Shown here: positions 1 through 8,719 of the stretch, in pieces
How the letters are laid out: each line of letters starts with the position of its first letter
Numbering within the stretch: the stretch's first letter is position 1
IMG/VR virus record: IMGVR_UViG_3300026549_000051
Span: 1-64,000 of that record
Direction: 5' to 3' (one strand)
Length of the DNA stretch: 64,000 nt
DNA from: a virus
Lineage: Duplodnaviria; Caudoviricetes
Notes under the pieces: generated by a model
Told to the model about the DNA's origin: nothing
Databases searched by the model: none
The model's input: the letters and a program-made list of their open reading frames with translations, nothing else
Translations under genes and position numbers: made by a program

Positions 1-115
1 CCCCTTTTTTATATAATGATAGTGATTTTCCCATTTATTTTTTTTATTTATTTTTTTCACTCGATCATTTATATAAAAAATATAACTATATTTTTATATA
101 TAGTTATATGATTAT

Positions 116-150
116 AAAAATATACCGCCATTTTGCGGCGGTATATTTTT
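116..150. terminator. Intrinsic terminator (bidirectional)
   Basis: AAAAATATACCGCC-loop-GGCGGTATATTTTT downstream of 169-540. Confidence 0.75.
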
Positions 151-168
151 AGATGTTTTTATATAGTT

Positions 169-540
169 TTAAGCTTGTTCTAAGCGGTGTGCCCATGCTT
201 TAGCTTGTGCTTGTGCGACCTGTTCTTGCGTCGTGATATCATTATTTTGATGTGCCTCGACTTGTGTGAATTGCAAAAGCTTAGCCATATCGATATAATG
301 GCGTGCGCGTGCGCCCTTGTATGATAGTTTAGCCCCGCCATTACTGTAACGTTCTAAACTCTTTACGCCATAGCCCAAAAGTATATTGTATGCTTTTAGA
401 TTAAATTTTACGGTGATATTTTTAGAAGATAGCGTAACGGTATAGCATGGCAGTTCAGTGCTATAGCCTTCTTCTTGCGCTTCTTGTGCAAGTGCTTCTA
501 ATTCTTTGATTTTGTTATTGATACTTTCGAGTTTAGCCAT
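169..540 (-). CDS. hypothetical protein
   Basis: 123 aa ORF with AAGGAG RBS, upstream promoters and downstream terminator. Confidence 0.8.
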   Translation of the reverse strand: MAKLESINNKIKELEALAQEAQEEGYSTELPCYTVTLSSKNITVKFNLKAYNILLGYGVKSLERYSNGGAKLSYKGARARHYIDMAKLLQFTQVEAHQNNDITTQEQVAQAQAKAWAHRLEQA

Positions 541-568
541 AAAAAACTCCTTGTTATAGTTATTATTA

Positions 569-596
569 TTTTGTGTTTTGTGTTTTGTGTTTTGTG
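569..596. repeat. (TTTTGTG)x4 tandem repeat in the 5' UTR of 169-540
   Basis: Directly visible. Confidence 0.85.
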
Positions 597-679
597 CTAG
601 TCCCTAAATAGTTATAACTAGCTAATACTATTATTGCACAAGTGTGCTAAAAAAGAAAGCTTTCGTTGTAAATTTTACA

Positions 680-930
680 ACATTATATTATAACATAAAA
701 CGCCAAAAAATCAAGGAATAAAAGTTGATCGGATATTATAACATAAAAACAAAAAAATGCAAGTGATATAGTTTTGGCTTGTGTTTTAAGTGTTTTATGT
801 TTTTATATGCTTTTATACTTTTTTTAGCCGCAAAAACTAATCTAAAAAAATATAACTTTTTCTAGTAACTAATTTAAAAATTTTAAAAATTTTCGTGTAA
901 CTTATAACATATTATAAAATTTTTTCAAGC
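680..930 (-). promoter_or_regulatory. Three tandem leftward sigma70-type promoters
   Basis: On the minus strand TTGATT/TTGCAT/TTGAAA boxes followed by TGTTATAA(T/G); repeated ATATTATAACATAAAA on the plus strand. Confidence 0.65.
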
Positions 931-939
931 CTTTAGGAT

Positions 940-1520
940 TTGGCACACCCAAGACACCCCCATTTGACCGCATTTTGCCCCCGGCTTTGCTGGGGGTGGT
1001 TGTGGGGGTCTTACCTATTTCAAAAGCATATTACCTATTTCAAAAGCATAGAATTACCTAACAGATATTGCCAAAAAACAGTGGTAAAAATAAAAAAATA
1101 TATTTTTTCCCGGCAGCGGAGATCTATGCTATAATAGAGGTAGGTAAATGAGGTCTATTTGACCCCATGAAAGCCTGTTTTAAGCATTTCCAGAAAAAAT
1201 AATCCCCACTTGAGGGGATTGTTTTTTTGTGTTGTAATATGGTTTTTACCCGAAAAGTGGCAAAAAAGTATTTCGGGTAATTACAAGTATACCCCTGTTA
1301 AAACGTGTTTCGGGTAAAAAAAGTATAACAACCCAGACACTGCCCACAATCCACCCCTGTTACAGGCTTTATTAAATGAAAAAAATATTTTTTAATAATT
1401 TACAATAACAAAAAATATTATATGACGCTAAAAATGCAGGAAAATTGGGTATACCCCTGTTAGGCATTTCGGGTAGAAAAAAGTATATTTCGGGTAAATG
1501 AGACCAGAAAAAGTATTTTT
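940..1520. promoter_or_regulatory. Putative replication origin of unit 1 (iteron-like repeats)
   Basis: Non-coding, upstream of helicase operon; TTTCGGGTA x4 plus one inverted, ACCCCTGTTA x3, 20-bp direct repeat TTACCTATTTCAAAAGCATA x2 (1011-1050), AT-rich tract. Confidence 0.6.
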
Positions 1521-1596
1521 TTCAAGACTACCCACTAAATAGCCTTCCATATATAATGAGAGTATACAAACAATTTAACTTTAGGGAGAATGCGGC

Positions 1597-1836
1597 ATGC
1601 AACAGACAGACAATTATAAGATTCTGGCTAGACTAGCGGAAGAGGATATTAATATATTTAACGCCCACCAAGAGGGGGGCCAGCTGGTGATCGAGTATGA
1701 GTATGGGTGGCAACCGACGCAATACAAGACTAAGTGGACGAAGGCTATATATATGGTGGATTACCCTATCGAGCTGGGGACGGCGCTTCGGCATATCTTA
1801 GCAGAGGTGCAAGCTATTAGAGGCGAGTTGAGGTAG
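1597..1836 (+). CDS. hypothetical protein (positional homologue of 58630-58893)
   Basis: GGGAG RBS; shared INI...YE(Y/F)...KW(T/A)K pattern. Confidence 0.8.
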   Translation: MQQTDNYKILARLAEEDINIFNAHQEGGQLVIEYEYGWQPTQYKTKWTKAIYMVDYPIELGTALRHILAEVQAIRGELR

Positions 1837-1845
1837 GGGGCTGTC

Positions 1846-3588
1846 ATGGAGGGCGCGGTTTTACAGGGAGCACAGCCACTCACACCAGAGCAGATGCAGG
1901 AGCTTTTCAGCAAGATGCTGCAGACCAATGATGCAGAGCGGCTGGCCCAAGCTAAAGATAATGGCTTCACTAAGAGTGACTTTCAGCAAGAGAAGGTCAA
2001 GGAATATATATATTCTGAGTATGACTTCGTGAGGGTACGGAATGTGGGGCAATTTGGGACTATCTATTATTTGCCCAAGGATGGGGGGAGTGCTCACGAG
2101 CTTAAGGACGTGGATGCTCTTAAGATTGTGAGAGAGGCCTATATGCACATGTTTAATATGGCGCCGGCTAGCAAAATGCAGGCAACTATTGATACACTTA
2201 AGATGGGGGTGAGCAATGAGGTCGAGTCTATTAATAACGAGGTGGTGCGAGTGGCGGACACTCTTTACTGGGACACTAGAGATGGGAGGTTGACAGAAAC
2301 CCCGACTAGCATGTGCATGAGGGAGCTTTTTGATTCTCGTGGCACGCGCGAGATTAAGATTGACATTAATGACGTGCATGCGCCATTTATTATGTCGGCT
2401 CACCGCAAGATTGTGAGGGTGCTAGAAGAGACGGATGGACTTATTGAGCCGGGCGACCCTAAGTTTGACGTGCTTGGGTATACCGCGGAGCATCCTGTGT
2501 TTAAGACTTTTATGACATGGGCCAATAACGACTTGGACACATTTAACGATTTACTGAAGGCGACAGCGACTAACTTTATGTATAACAAGCCCAAGGGGGC
2601 ATTTGTGCTTATTGGTCTTAAGCGCAACGGCAAGTCGACTTACATAAAATTGCTACATGCGCTTTTTGGAAGAAATAACACATCTAGTGTCAGGCTTTCT
2701 GACTTTAATAACCATGGCTTAAATGGTGAGCTGTGGACCACTATGATGAATGCGCCGGACGAAGAGGATGAAGGTAGGGGCAAAGACCTGCTGGAGGCCC
2801 AGGGCAATTTTAAGAGCATAGCGGCTCACGAGAGTCTGAAGTTGCGCAAGCTATATGAGCAGAATGGTCAATGGGTCAACTCTGACTTTATGTGCTTCTT
2901 TCCTATGAACCATTTTCCAGAGTGGAAGGGGAATGGTGCGGCGGCCTGCATGCACAGGACATTACCTCTGTTTTTCAACAATGACCTCAGTAAGTACGAT
3001 AATAACGGCAAAGACTTTGCGACTGAGACTTACACATCAGGATTTTTCGAGACTTTTATCCCACTGATTTTGGCTATTGCTACATATTATCATGACAGGC
3101 CGATTAGCTTCTCTAATAAGATGAAACAAGACCAAGAGAAGGTTGCCGAAGAGGTGGATAACATATCTCTGTATCTTGACCGATTCAAGAGCTGGTTCAA
3201 CGGATACAAGAGCAAGAAGTTGGTCTACGAGGATTACAAGCTTTGGTGCCAAGAGAGAGACTTGCGCTGGCAGGAACGCTCAGTGTTTAACCATACCATA
3301 GAGATGCGAGGGCCAAAGCCAACTTCGTTTATTGACGGCGAACAGAAGATAAACGTCTATCGTCTGGGGGATAGACCTGGCAACGACTACTTCTATGAAG
3401 AATATGTGGTTAAACAGCTGAAATACCGCTCGGTCGGAGAGATTATTACGACTGATACAGAGAAGAAGCGCACGGAGCGAAGTGTGATAGCTATGCTTGA
3501 TGAGCTGAAGGATGCTGAGGACAACGAACCATTGGCCACTTCTACGCCAGAAGAAATACAAATGGACTTAGAAGAGATTGGGTGGTAG
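1846..3588 (+). CDS. D5/P4-type superfamily 3 helicase (no primase domain recognised)
   Basis: Walker A GLKRNGKST, NAPDE Walker B, FPMNHFP motif C. Confidence 0.85.
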   Translation: MEGAVLQGAQPLTPEQMQELFSKMLQTNDAERLAQAKDNGFTKSDFQQEKVKEYIYSEYDFVRVRNVGQFGTIYYLPKDGGSAHELKDVDALKIVREAYMHMFNMAPASKMQATIDTLKMGVSNEVESINNEVVRVADTLYWDTRDGRLTETPTSMCMRELFDSRGTREIKIDINDVHAPFIMSAHRKIVRVLEETDGLIEPGDPKFDVLGYTAEHPVFKTFMTWANNDLDTFNDLLKATATNFMYNKPKGAFVLIGLKRNGKSTYIKLLHALFGRNNTSSVRLSDFNNHGLNGELWTTMMNAPDEEDEGRGKDLLEAQGNFKSIAAHESLKLRKLYEQNGQWVNSDFMCFFPMNHFPEWKGNGAAACMHRTLPLFFNNDLSKYDNNGKDFATETYTSGFFETFIPLILAIATYYHDRPISFSNKMKQDQEKVAEEVDNISLYLDRFKSWFNGYKSKKLVYEDYKLWCQERDLRWQERSVFNHTIEMRGPKPTSFIDGEQKINVYRLGDRPGNDYFYEEYVVKQLKYRSVGEIITTDTEKKRTERSVIAMLDELKDAEDNEPLATSTPEEIQMDLEEIGW

Positions 3589-3590
3589 GT

Positions 3591-4049
3591 ATGGATAATT
3601 TAGCTGATAAAATCATCCAAGCTAACGAACAAGAGACAATGCGCAAGGGCAGTGACGACACTGCTCCAGAGGGGTATTACACTGACGACATGGGGATGTG
3701 GGTGGAGCAAGACATCCGCAAGAGCCCCAGTCGTTTCGCGGAGTATGTGTTTGTGCGCTGCCGGAAGCGCAACGAGCATTTATATTATGACACCGACTCA
3801 CTGACGCTATTTAACAGGCACAGAGAGATTATGCCTACCCAAAGGGATATAATCGAGTTAGCGAATCTGCCTGACACGATTTCAACAGCTCAGGCGATAT
3901 GGGTTCATAACAAACTCAAAGAGACCGTCCCTAGGTTGGATAAGAATCGGATAATCATTGCACCGGGGCTAGCCTGGGACATAGAGAAATCGGAGATTGT
4001 TGAGATAAAAGGAAAATATTATACTGTAGGAGGTGAAGATGAGCAGTAG
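3591..4049 (+). CDS. hypothetical protein resembling the helicase N-terminal domain
   Basis: Homologue at 60642; C-terminal IIIAPGLAWD resembles helicase VVRVADTLYWD. Confidence 0.7.
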   Translation: MDNLADKIIQANEQETMRKGSDDTAPEGYYTDDMGMWVEQDIRKSPSRFAEYVFVRCRKRNEHLYYDTDSLTLFNRHREIMPTQRDIIELANLPDTISTAQAIWVHNKLKETVPRLDKNRIIIAPGLAWDIEKSEIVEIKGKYYTVGGEDEQ

Positions 4050-4338
4050 CACGCCAGAGGGGAATTTTAAGAAGAGTTTTTGTTCTAGGTTGAGGAAGCT
4101 CGGATGCACCGTATTCCAGAATCAAGGGGTTGGAGTGCCGCGCGGATTCCCGGATACCTCTGTGCTCTTGCCAGAGGGGCTAACTATTTATATAGAGTTC
4201 AAGGCAAGCAAGCGAGCAAAGTTTCAGCCACTACAGAAGGAGTGGATCAAGAAATTAAATGAAAGGAACTTCTTTGCCTGGGTCTGTTACCCAGAAGTAT
4301 CAGACAAGATCATGGGCGAGATTAGGCGTCTATTATAA
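4039..4338 (+). CDS. VRR-NUC domain nuclease
   Basis: PE-x-x-F, GFPD, IYIEFK, PLQKEW PD-(D/E)xK motifs. Confidence 0.85.
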   Translation: MSSSTPEGNFKKSFCSRLRKLGCTVFQNQGVGVPRGFPDTSVLLPEGLTIYIEFKASKRAKFQPLQKEWIKKLNERNFFAWVCYPEVSDKIMGEIRRLL

Positions 4339-4363
4339 TATCCATGCTATAATTGGTTATGTT

Positions 4364-5029
4364 ATGGATAAAACCTTCAAAAATAAGATTTTGAACCTTC
4401 CGAGGTATACCGGAAAGAAGGTGTCGGAGCATTCGCTATATAGGTGTTGGGCATCTATGAAGAATAGATGTTACAACAAAAACGACAAAAAGAATTATAT
4501 ATGGTATGGTGGCCGCGGAATTAAGGTGTGCGATAGGTGGATCGGCGAAAATGGTTTTTGGAATTTCGTAGACGACATGGGGCCACGGCCGGACGGATGC
4601 TCTCTTGACCGCATAGACCCGAATGGGGACTATACACCAGAGAATTGCAGATGGGCGACGGCTAAAGAGCAGGCTGACAATAGAAGAACGTCATTAAAAT
4701 CGTATATGAATGGGGAATTAGTCACCCCGGCCGAGATGAGCAAGATAACCGGGCTAAATATCGCGACAATAAGGAAAAAGATTAGGGATGGGATGTCTGG
4801 AGATGACATCTCTCTAGTGAAGTCGTCCGGCAAGCCGAGAGGAGTCGTTTGTGTTGAGACCGGAGAGGTATTCAATAGTATTGCAGAGGCCGCGGAGGCT
4901 CATGGAATGAAAGCCCCGACTAGCATTAGTTCTGTTTTGGCGGGTAGAGCCCACAGCGCCTATGGGTTACATTGGAGATATGCAGAAAACGCCGACGAAA
5001 TAATGGGGGAAATAAGGAGGCTCTTATGA
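4364..5029 (+). CDS. HNH homing endonuclease with C-terminal NUMOD-like DNA-binding region
   Basis: W-x-SMKNRC...YGGRGIKVCDRW...LDRIDPNGDYTPENCRWAT; absent from unit 2. Confidence 0.85.
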   Translation: MDKTFKNKILNLPRYTGKKVSEHSLYRCWASMKNRCYNKNDKKNYIWYGGRGIKVCDRWIGENGFWNFVDDMGPRPDGCSLDRIDPNGDYTPENCRWATAKEQADNRRTSLKSYMNGELVTPAEMSKITGLNIATIRKKIRDGMSGDDISLVKSSGKPRGVVCVETGEVFNSIAEAAEAHGMKAPTSISSVLAGRAHSAYGLHWRYAENADEIMGEIRRLL

Positions 5030-5217
5030 GCAAGGGGGATAAATTACTATTAGCCGCAATTATAATATGTGGAGTGATAGCAGCTCTAATTTGGTTTATT
5101 ATTGGTAAAGCAGTGGAGCTGCTTTTTACTGGAAGCATCCGCACGCTCTGTTTTGGGCTGTCGGTGTTTGCCATTGTTTTAGTTGTTGTGTGTTGTATTG
5201 GAGCGAGAAATGAATGA
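5026..5217 (+). CDS. small two-TM membrane protein
   Basis: Two hydrophobic segments; AGGAGG RBS; ATGA overlap. Confidence 0.7.
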   Translation: MSKGDKLLLAAIIICGVIAALIWFIIGKAVELLFTGSIRTLCFGLSVFAIVLVVVCCIGARNE

Positions 5218-5482
5218 GTTTTTAGTAGTATGTAAATGTTCGGGGGTAAAAGAGAAGGCAGAAGCCGCATATAAGATTATGCGGCCAAAAGCCGAGCTCC
5301 CACCAGTGTATAAGGGGAAGGACGCCATCGTCAGCCTGGCTAATCAGTATAGTGGCACCGACTTTGGGGGATACCTTTTAGCGATTAGCAAGAAGAACGG
5401 ACGATACGCCTATCATCTGGGGGAGAGTGGCGGAGAGGTAGCATTAAGCTACGATTTAATAAAAGGAAAGAAGGTGGCATAA
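5210..5482 (+). CDS. CxC-motif protein A (possible thioredoxin-like fold)
   Basis: VVCKCSG; homologue 61376 keeps CTC. Confidence 0.7.
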   Translation: MNEFLVVCKCSGVKEKAEAAYKIMRPKAELPPVYKGKDAIVSLANQYSGTDFGGYLLAISKKNGRYAYHLGESGGEVALSYDLIKGKKVA

Positions 5483-5793
5483 TGGCATTACTTTGTGTTG
5501 CGTGTACTTGTGGATCCGTCGATAAGCTCGTGCGGTCGCGACTAGAGCACTATGGCTATCGTGATTTTTTGACTATCCCTATTATCCGAGGAAAAGAGAA
5601 ATCTAAGAGCGCCCTTAACTCTATTCCGCAGTATCCAGAGGTAGATATGGCGAAGCATTATTTAGACGGATGCTCAAAGTATGCTCTAGTTGTCGGCTAT
5701 GACGACGTGGGGTGTCGGTGGGTAGACTTAGCTAACGGAAAGGCGGTACAGAATAACATAGACCTAGAGTTCATATTGCGAGATTTTACATAA
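5482..5793 (+). CDS. CxC-motif protein B (possible thioredoxin-like fold)
   Basis: VACTCGS; homologue 61648 keeps CQC. Confidence 0.7.
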   Translation: MALLCVACTCGSVDKLVRSRLEHYGYRDFLTIPIIRGKEKSKSALNSIPQYPEVDMAKHYLDGCSKYALVVGYDDVGCRWVDLANGKAVQNNIDLEFILRDFT

Positions 5794-5835
5794 AAAATTT
5801 TTTAGTATATCATAAAAGTAATTAAGGAGACGTAA

Positions 5836-6330
5836 ATGGACAACAATTCTTTACCAAACGGCTTCATTTCTATAGATGATGCGGTGGAATTAATCAAAAC
5901 TAATACGTATAAGGCGCCAACGATCGACATCCGCTGGCTAGTTGGGCATATGGACTGGATTGAGGAAGCTCACAACTTCCGCATCCCGAAGGTTCGTTTA
6001 ATTACGAAAGAAGAGTACACGGATTATACGGAGAAGCACCATGGCCGTCGTCCTAGCGAGCTCGTGCAGCTAGGCTCTGTATTCGTGGCAATCAATACCT
6101 CGTTCGAGAAGGAGCTATTGCGTAAAACTATCCGCGACAACTATCGCGATGTAGCTGGTCGTGAGTATGTCCAACAAACAACGCGCGGCATCTCGACAGT
6201 TAAAGACGAAGAGACTGGTGGTAGCGAGCGCCCACGCGTTACCAAGAAGACAATTGCTAAAGAGGGCGAAATCATTGGTGAGTCTAGGGGCTCGGTAACA
6301 ACTAATTCAGCCGATGGGGCAGGAGTATAA
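5836..6330 (+). CDS. hypothetical protein (homologue 62004-62438)
   Basis: LPNGFI...EEAHNFRIP conserved. Confidence 0.85.
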   Translation: MDNNSLPNGFISIDDAVELIKTNTYKAPTIDIRWLVGHMDWIEEAHNFRIPKVRLITKEEYTDYTEKHHGRRPSELVQLGSVFVAINTSFEKELLRKTIRDNYRDVAGREYVQQTTRGISTVKDEETGGSERPRVTKKTIAKEGEIIGESRGSVTTNSADGAGV

Positions 6331-6331
6331 A

Positions 6332-6544
6332 ATGGAAAACGAAAAATATTTCAAAGAGATTCTTAAAAGGTTCGACAAACAGGTGAAGACGCTCAAAAGC
6401 GCAAAGACGCCAAATGACGTATCGACCTGTGAGCGCGAGATTGCTCCTATTATGAATGAGTTGCAGATGGTGCTTCCTCGCTTAGGTGATGACATTTTCA
6501 AGGCAGCCCGTGACCGCCGCAAAGAATTATTGGAAGGCAAATAG
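6332..6544 (+). CDS. hypothetical protein (homologue 62438-62650)
   Basis: Conserved QMV-x-PR...RDRR. Confidence 0.8.
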   Translation: MENEKYFKEILKRFDKQVKTLKSAKTPNDVSTCEREIAPIMNELQMVLPRLGDDIFKAARDRRKELLEGK

Positions 6545-6546
6545 AG

Positions 6547-6816
6547 ATGGACGGAGAAGTGATAGAGACTCGCGTTGAGTCTACTTCTCTTGAAACCGTC
6601 AACCGTCATATGTTGAATAAACTGGACGAGCTGATTGAGAGCGTCGACGCCAAGACGAACCCAGAGCTCGTCAAGGTCCTTACTGAGTCTGTGGCTAAAC
6701 TCAACTCAAGTTTCAAGGGGAACAATATCTTTGCTCCCCAAGAAACTGACGAGCAGCGGAGGGAGAGAGAGCAACGGGAGATTCTCGAAGGAGTGATGAG
6801 TGGCGAGGCTACTTAG
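6547..6816 (+). CDS. putative terminase small subunit
   Basis: Small helical ORF directly before TerL; conserved in unit 2. Confidence 0.5.
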   Translation: MDGEVIETRVESTSLETVNRHMLNKLDELIESVDAKTNPELVKVLTESVAKLNSSFKGNNIFAPQETDEQRREREQREILEGVMSGEAT

Positions 6817-8512
6817 TAATGAGTACGCAGATTCGGCGCCACTAGAGAATGAACAGATAAGGCGAGCCCTATCTGGAAATTTTGAGGGGTTTAAGTATTG
6901 GTTTGAGAATTGTATGGTCTTACAGGACCGCGATACTCGCCAATACGTCCACCCCAAGATGAACAAAGGCCAAGAGCTGATTGCTCGGACTATCCTGGGG
7001 TATGTAGACAAGGATACTCGTGCCACAGTCCACAAGGAGTGTGTCATCTTGGGCCCGCGCCAGTTTGGTAAATCTACATTGCTGACGGCGGTGGCTAGCT
7101 ACATAGAGGCCTACGTCCCGGGCATGGAGAACCTCAATGTGGTTCATACGCTACAGACCGGAACGACGGCCACTAAGTTTTTTAAGCAGAAGATTCAGCC
7201 AATCATTACAAACGTCCACCCCGCAATTTATCCAACTATAGAAAGAGACACTTTAGGCACTTCTACGCTTTTACACTACAAGGATGTAAAGGGGATTAGG
7301 CGTGGTGGCTATTATGAGATTACTTCGGCCGGCTCTAACTCTGTCCGCTCTGGCACTGTATCGGTCTGGCTTTGCGACGAGCCGTCTGAGTATAGAAATC
7401 CAGAGGCGGTCGAGGATGCTATCTCTGGCGCAATCTCATCTTATGGCTGGTCGTTTACAGCCTACATTGGTACCTTTTCTGACCGGCTTTCTTCCTATTT
7501 TCTAAATAAGATTCAGACCGCCTTAGACAACCCAAAGGAGATGGAGCTAGTTTTTATTCCGTGGTTCCTCGTCTACGGACGGGAGGGAGACGGCATCGGT
7601 TTAACGGCCGATGAATATACAGATTATGATAAGGACGTGATTATCCCAGCCATGATTAATTACGGCGTTCCCCAATCCGAGTGGCATGACAAGATAGGTT
7701 GGTACCATAGGCGGGCGCTGCGTACATCTAAAATGAAGTATGAATTCCCAACGAGCGTGGAAGACATCTTGGCACTGACTTCAGATAGGAGCGTCTTTAG
7801 CGCTGAGTCACTAGGCAAACAAGAAGATAATATTAGGGCTGGCGGTCATTACCGCTTTCTTACCGATAATGCCACGGGGAAGGTTGAAGCTCACGAGACG
7901 GATGTTAGTCCATTTATTATATACAGGAAGCCTATATACGGGCATAGATATAGAATCGTGATTGACCCGATAACTGCTCGCTCAGAGGATACTGATAACT
8001 TCGTGATGCACGTTATGGATTTGGAAAATAATGAGCAGGTCGCCACATTTGCGGAGAAGGGATTGCCCGATGAGGACTATGCCGACTGGGCTGTGTCGAT
8101 GGGCACAATATATAACAACGCTGAGCTTTGCCCGGAAATAAATGTGGCCAATGGCTTTATTGTGGCTGTGAATTCTCGTAGATATTATCACTGGTATTAC
8201 GAGAATAAAAAGGCGAGAGTTGACCGTATCCCCGGACTAAGAACTTCTGTTGCCACTAAGGAAAGAATGATAGACGCGCTGTCCAGTATGATTGACCGCG
8301 GGGTCATAATTATTCATGATGAGAATACTCTTGACGAACTGAGAACGGTCGTGAAGAAAATCAAGACCAGGTCTGATGGCACTAAGTCTATGAGACTAGA
8401 GGCGAAGAGAGGGCACCATGATGACCGCGTTGCCGCGCTTTGGATTTATGCCGGAAGCCTTAACCAACGCCAGCTTGAGGGTAGAAAGGGTCACGGCTGG
8501 GCGATAATTTAG
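6800..8512 (+). CDS. terL: terminase large subunit
   Basis: GPRQFGKST Walker A, WLCDE Walker B, IVIDP and HDDRV RNase H-like nuclease motifs. Confidence 0.95.
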   Translation: MARLLSNEYADSAPLENEQIRRALSGNFEGFKYWFENCMVLQDRDTRQYVHPKMNKGQELIARTILGYVDKDTRATVHKECVILGPRQFGKSTLLTAVASYIEAYVPGMENLNVVHTLQTGTTATKFFKQKIQPIITNVHPAIYPTIERDTLGTSTLLHYKDVKGIRRGGYYEITSAGSNSVRSGTVSVWLCDEPSEYRNPEAVEDAISGAISSYGWSFTAYIGTFSDRLSSYFLNKIQTALDNPKEMELVFIPWFLVYGREGDGIGLTADEYTDYDKDVIIPAMINYGVPQSEWHDKIGWYHRRALRTSKMKYEFPTSVEDILALTSDRSVFSAESLGKQEDNIRAGGHYRFLTDNATGKVEAHETDVSPFIIYRKPIYGHRYRIVIDPITARSEDTDNFVMHVMDLENNEQVATFAEKGLPDEDYADWAVSMGTIYNNAELCPEINVANGFIVAVNSRRYYHWYYENKKARVDRIPGLRTSVATKERMIDALSSMIDRGVIIIHDENTLDELRTVVKKIKTRSDGTKSMRLEAKRGHHDDRVAALWIYAGSLNQRQLEGRKGHGWAII

Positions 8513-8549
8513 ATTTTTCTTCTTAGTAGAATTGTTGTGTTATATATAA

Positions 8550-8719
8550 ATTATAGCCTAGCTACCAGATAGACTAGATTGCGATAAGCCCGGCGAACCG
8601 CTAATTTGCAGAGCCAATGTCGTGAGAGAGCCGATTTGAGATAGCAACTATGAGTTTAGACGACTAGCACTCGCCGAAAGACATAGGGGCAGAAAAACGT
8701 TAAATTTAATAGGATTTTT
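8550..8719 (+). ncRNA. Structured 5' leader of the capsid gene (candidate)
   Basis: Nested helices GCCC/GGGC, CGGCGA/TCGCCG, GCTA/TAGC, GTCGT/ACGAC. Confidence 0.45.

Noticed and set aside
1240-1500. Spaced short repeats as a CRISPR array (also 58250-58500)
   Set aside because: Repeats are only 9-11 bp, irregularly spaced and in both orientations; no cas genes; fits iterons better
4339-5029. Group I intron or intein around the HNH genes
   Set aside because: No room for a ribozyme core, no intein motifs, and the upstream genes have their own complete ends and stops
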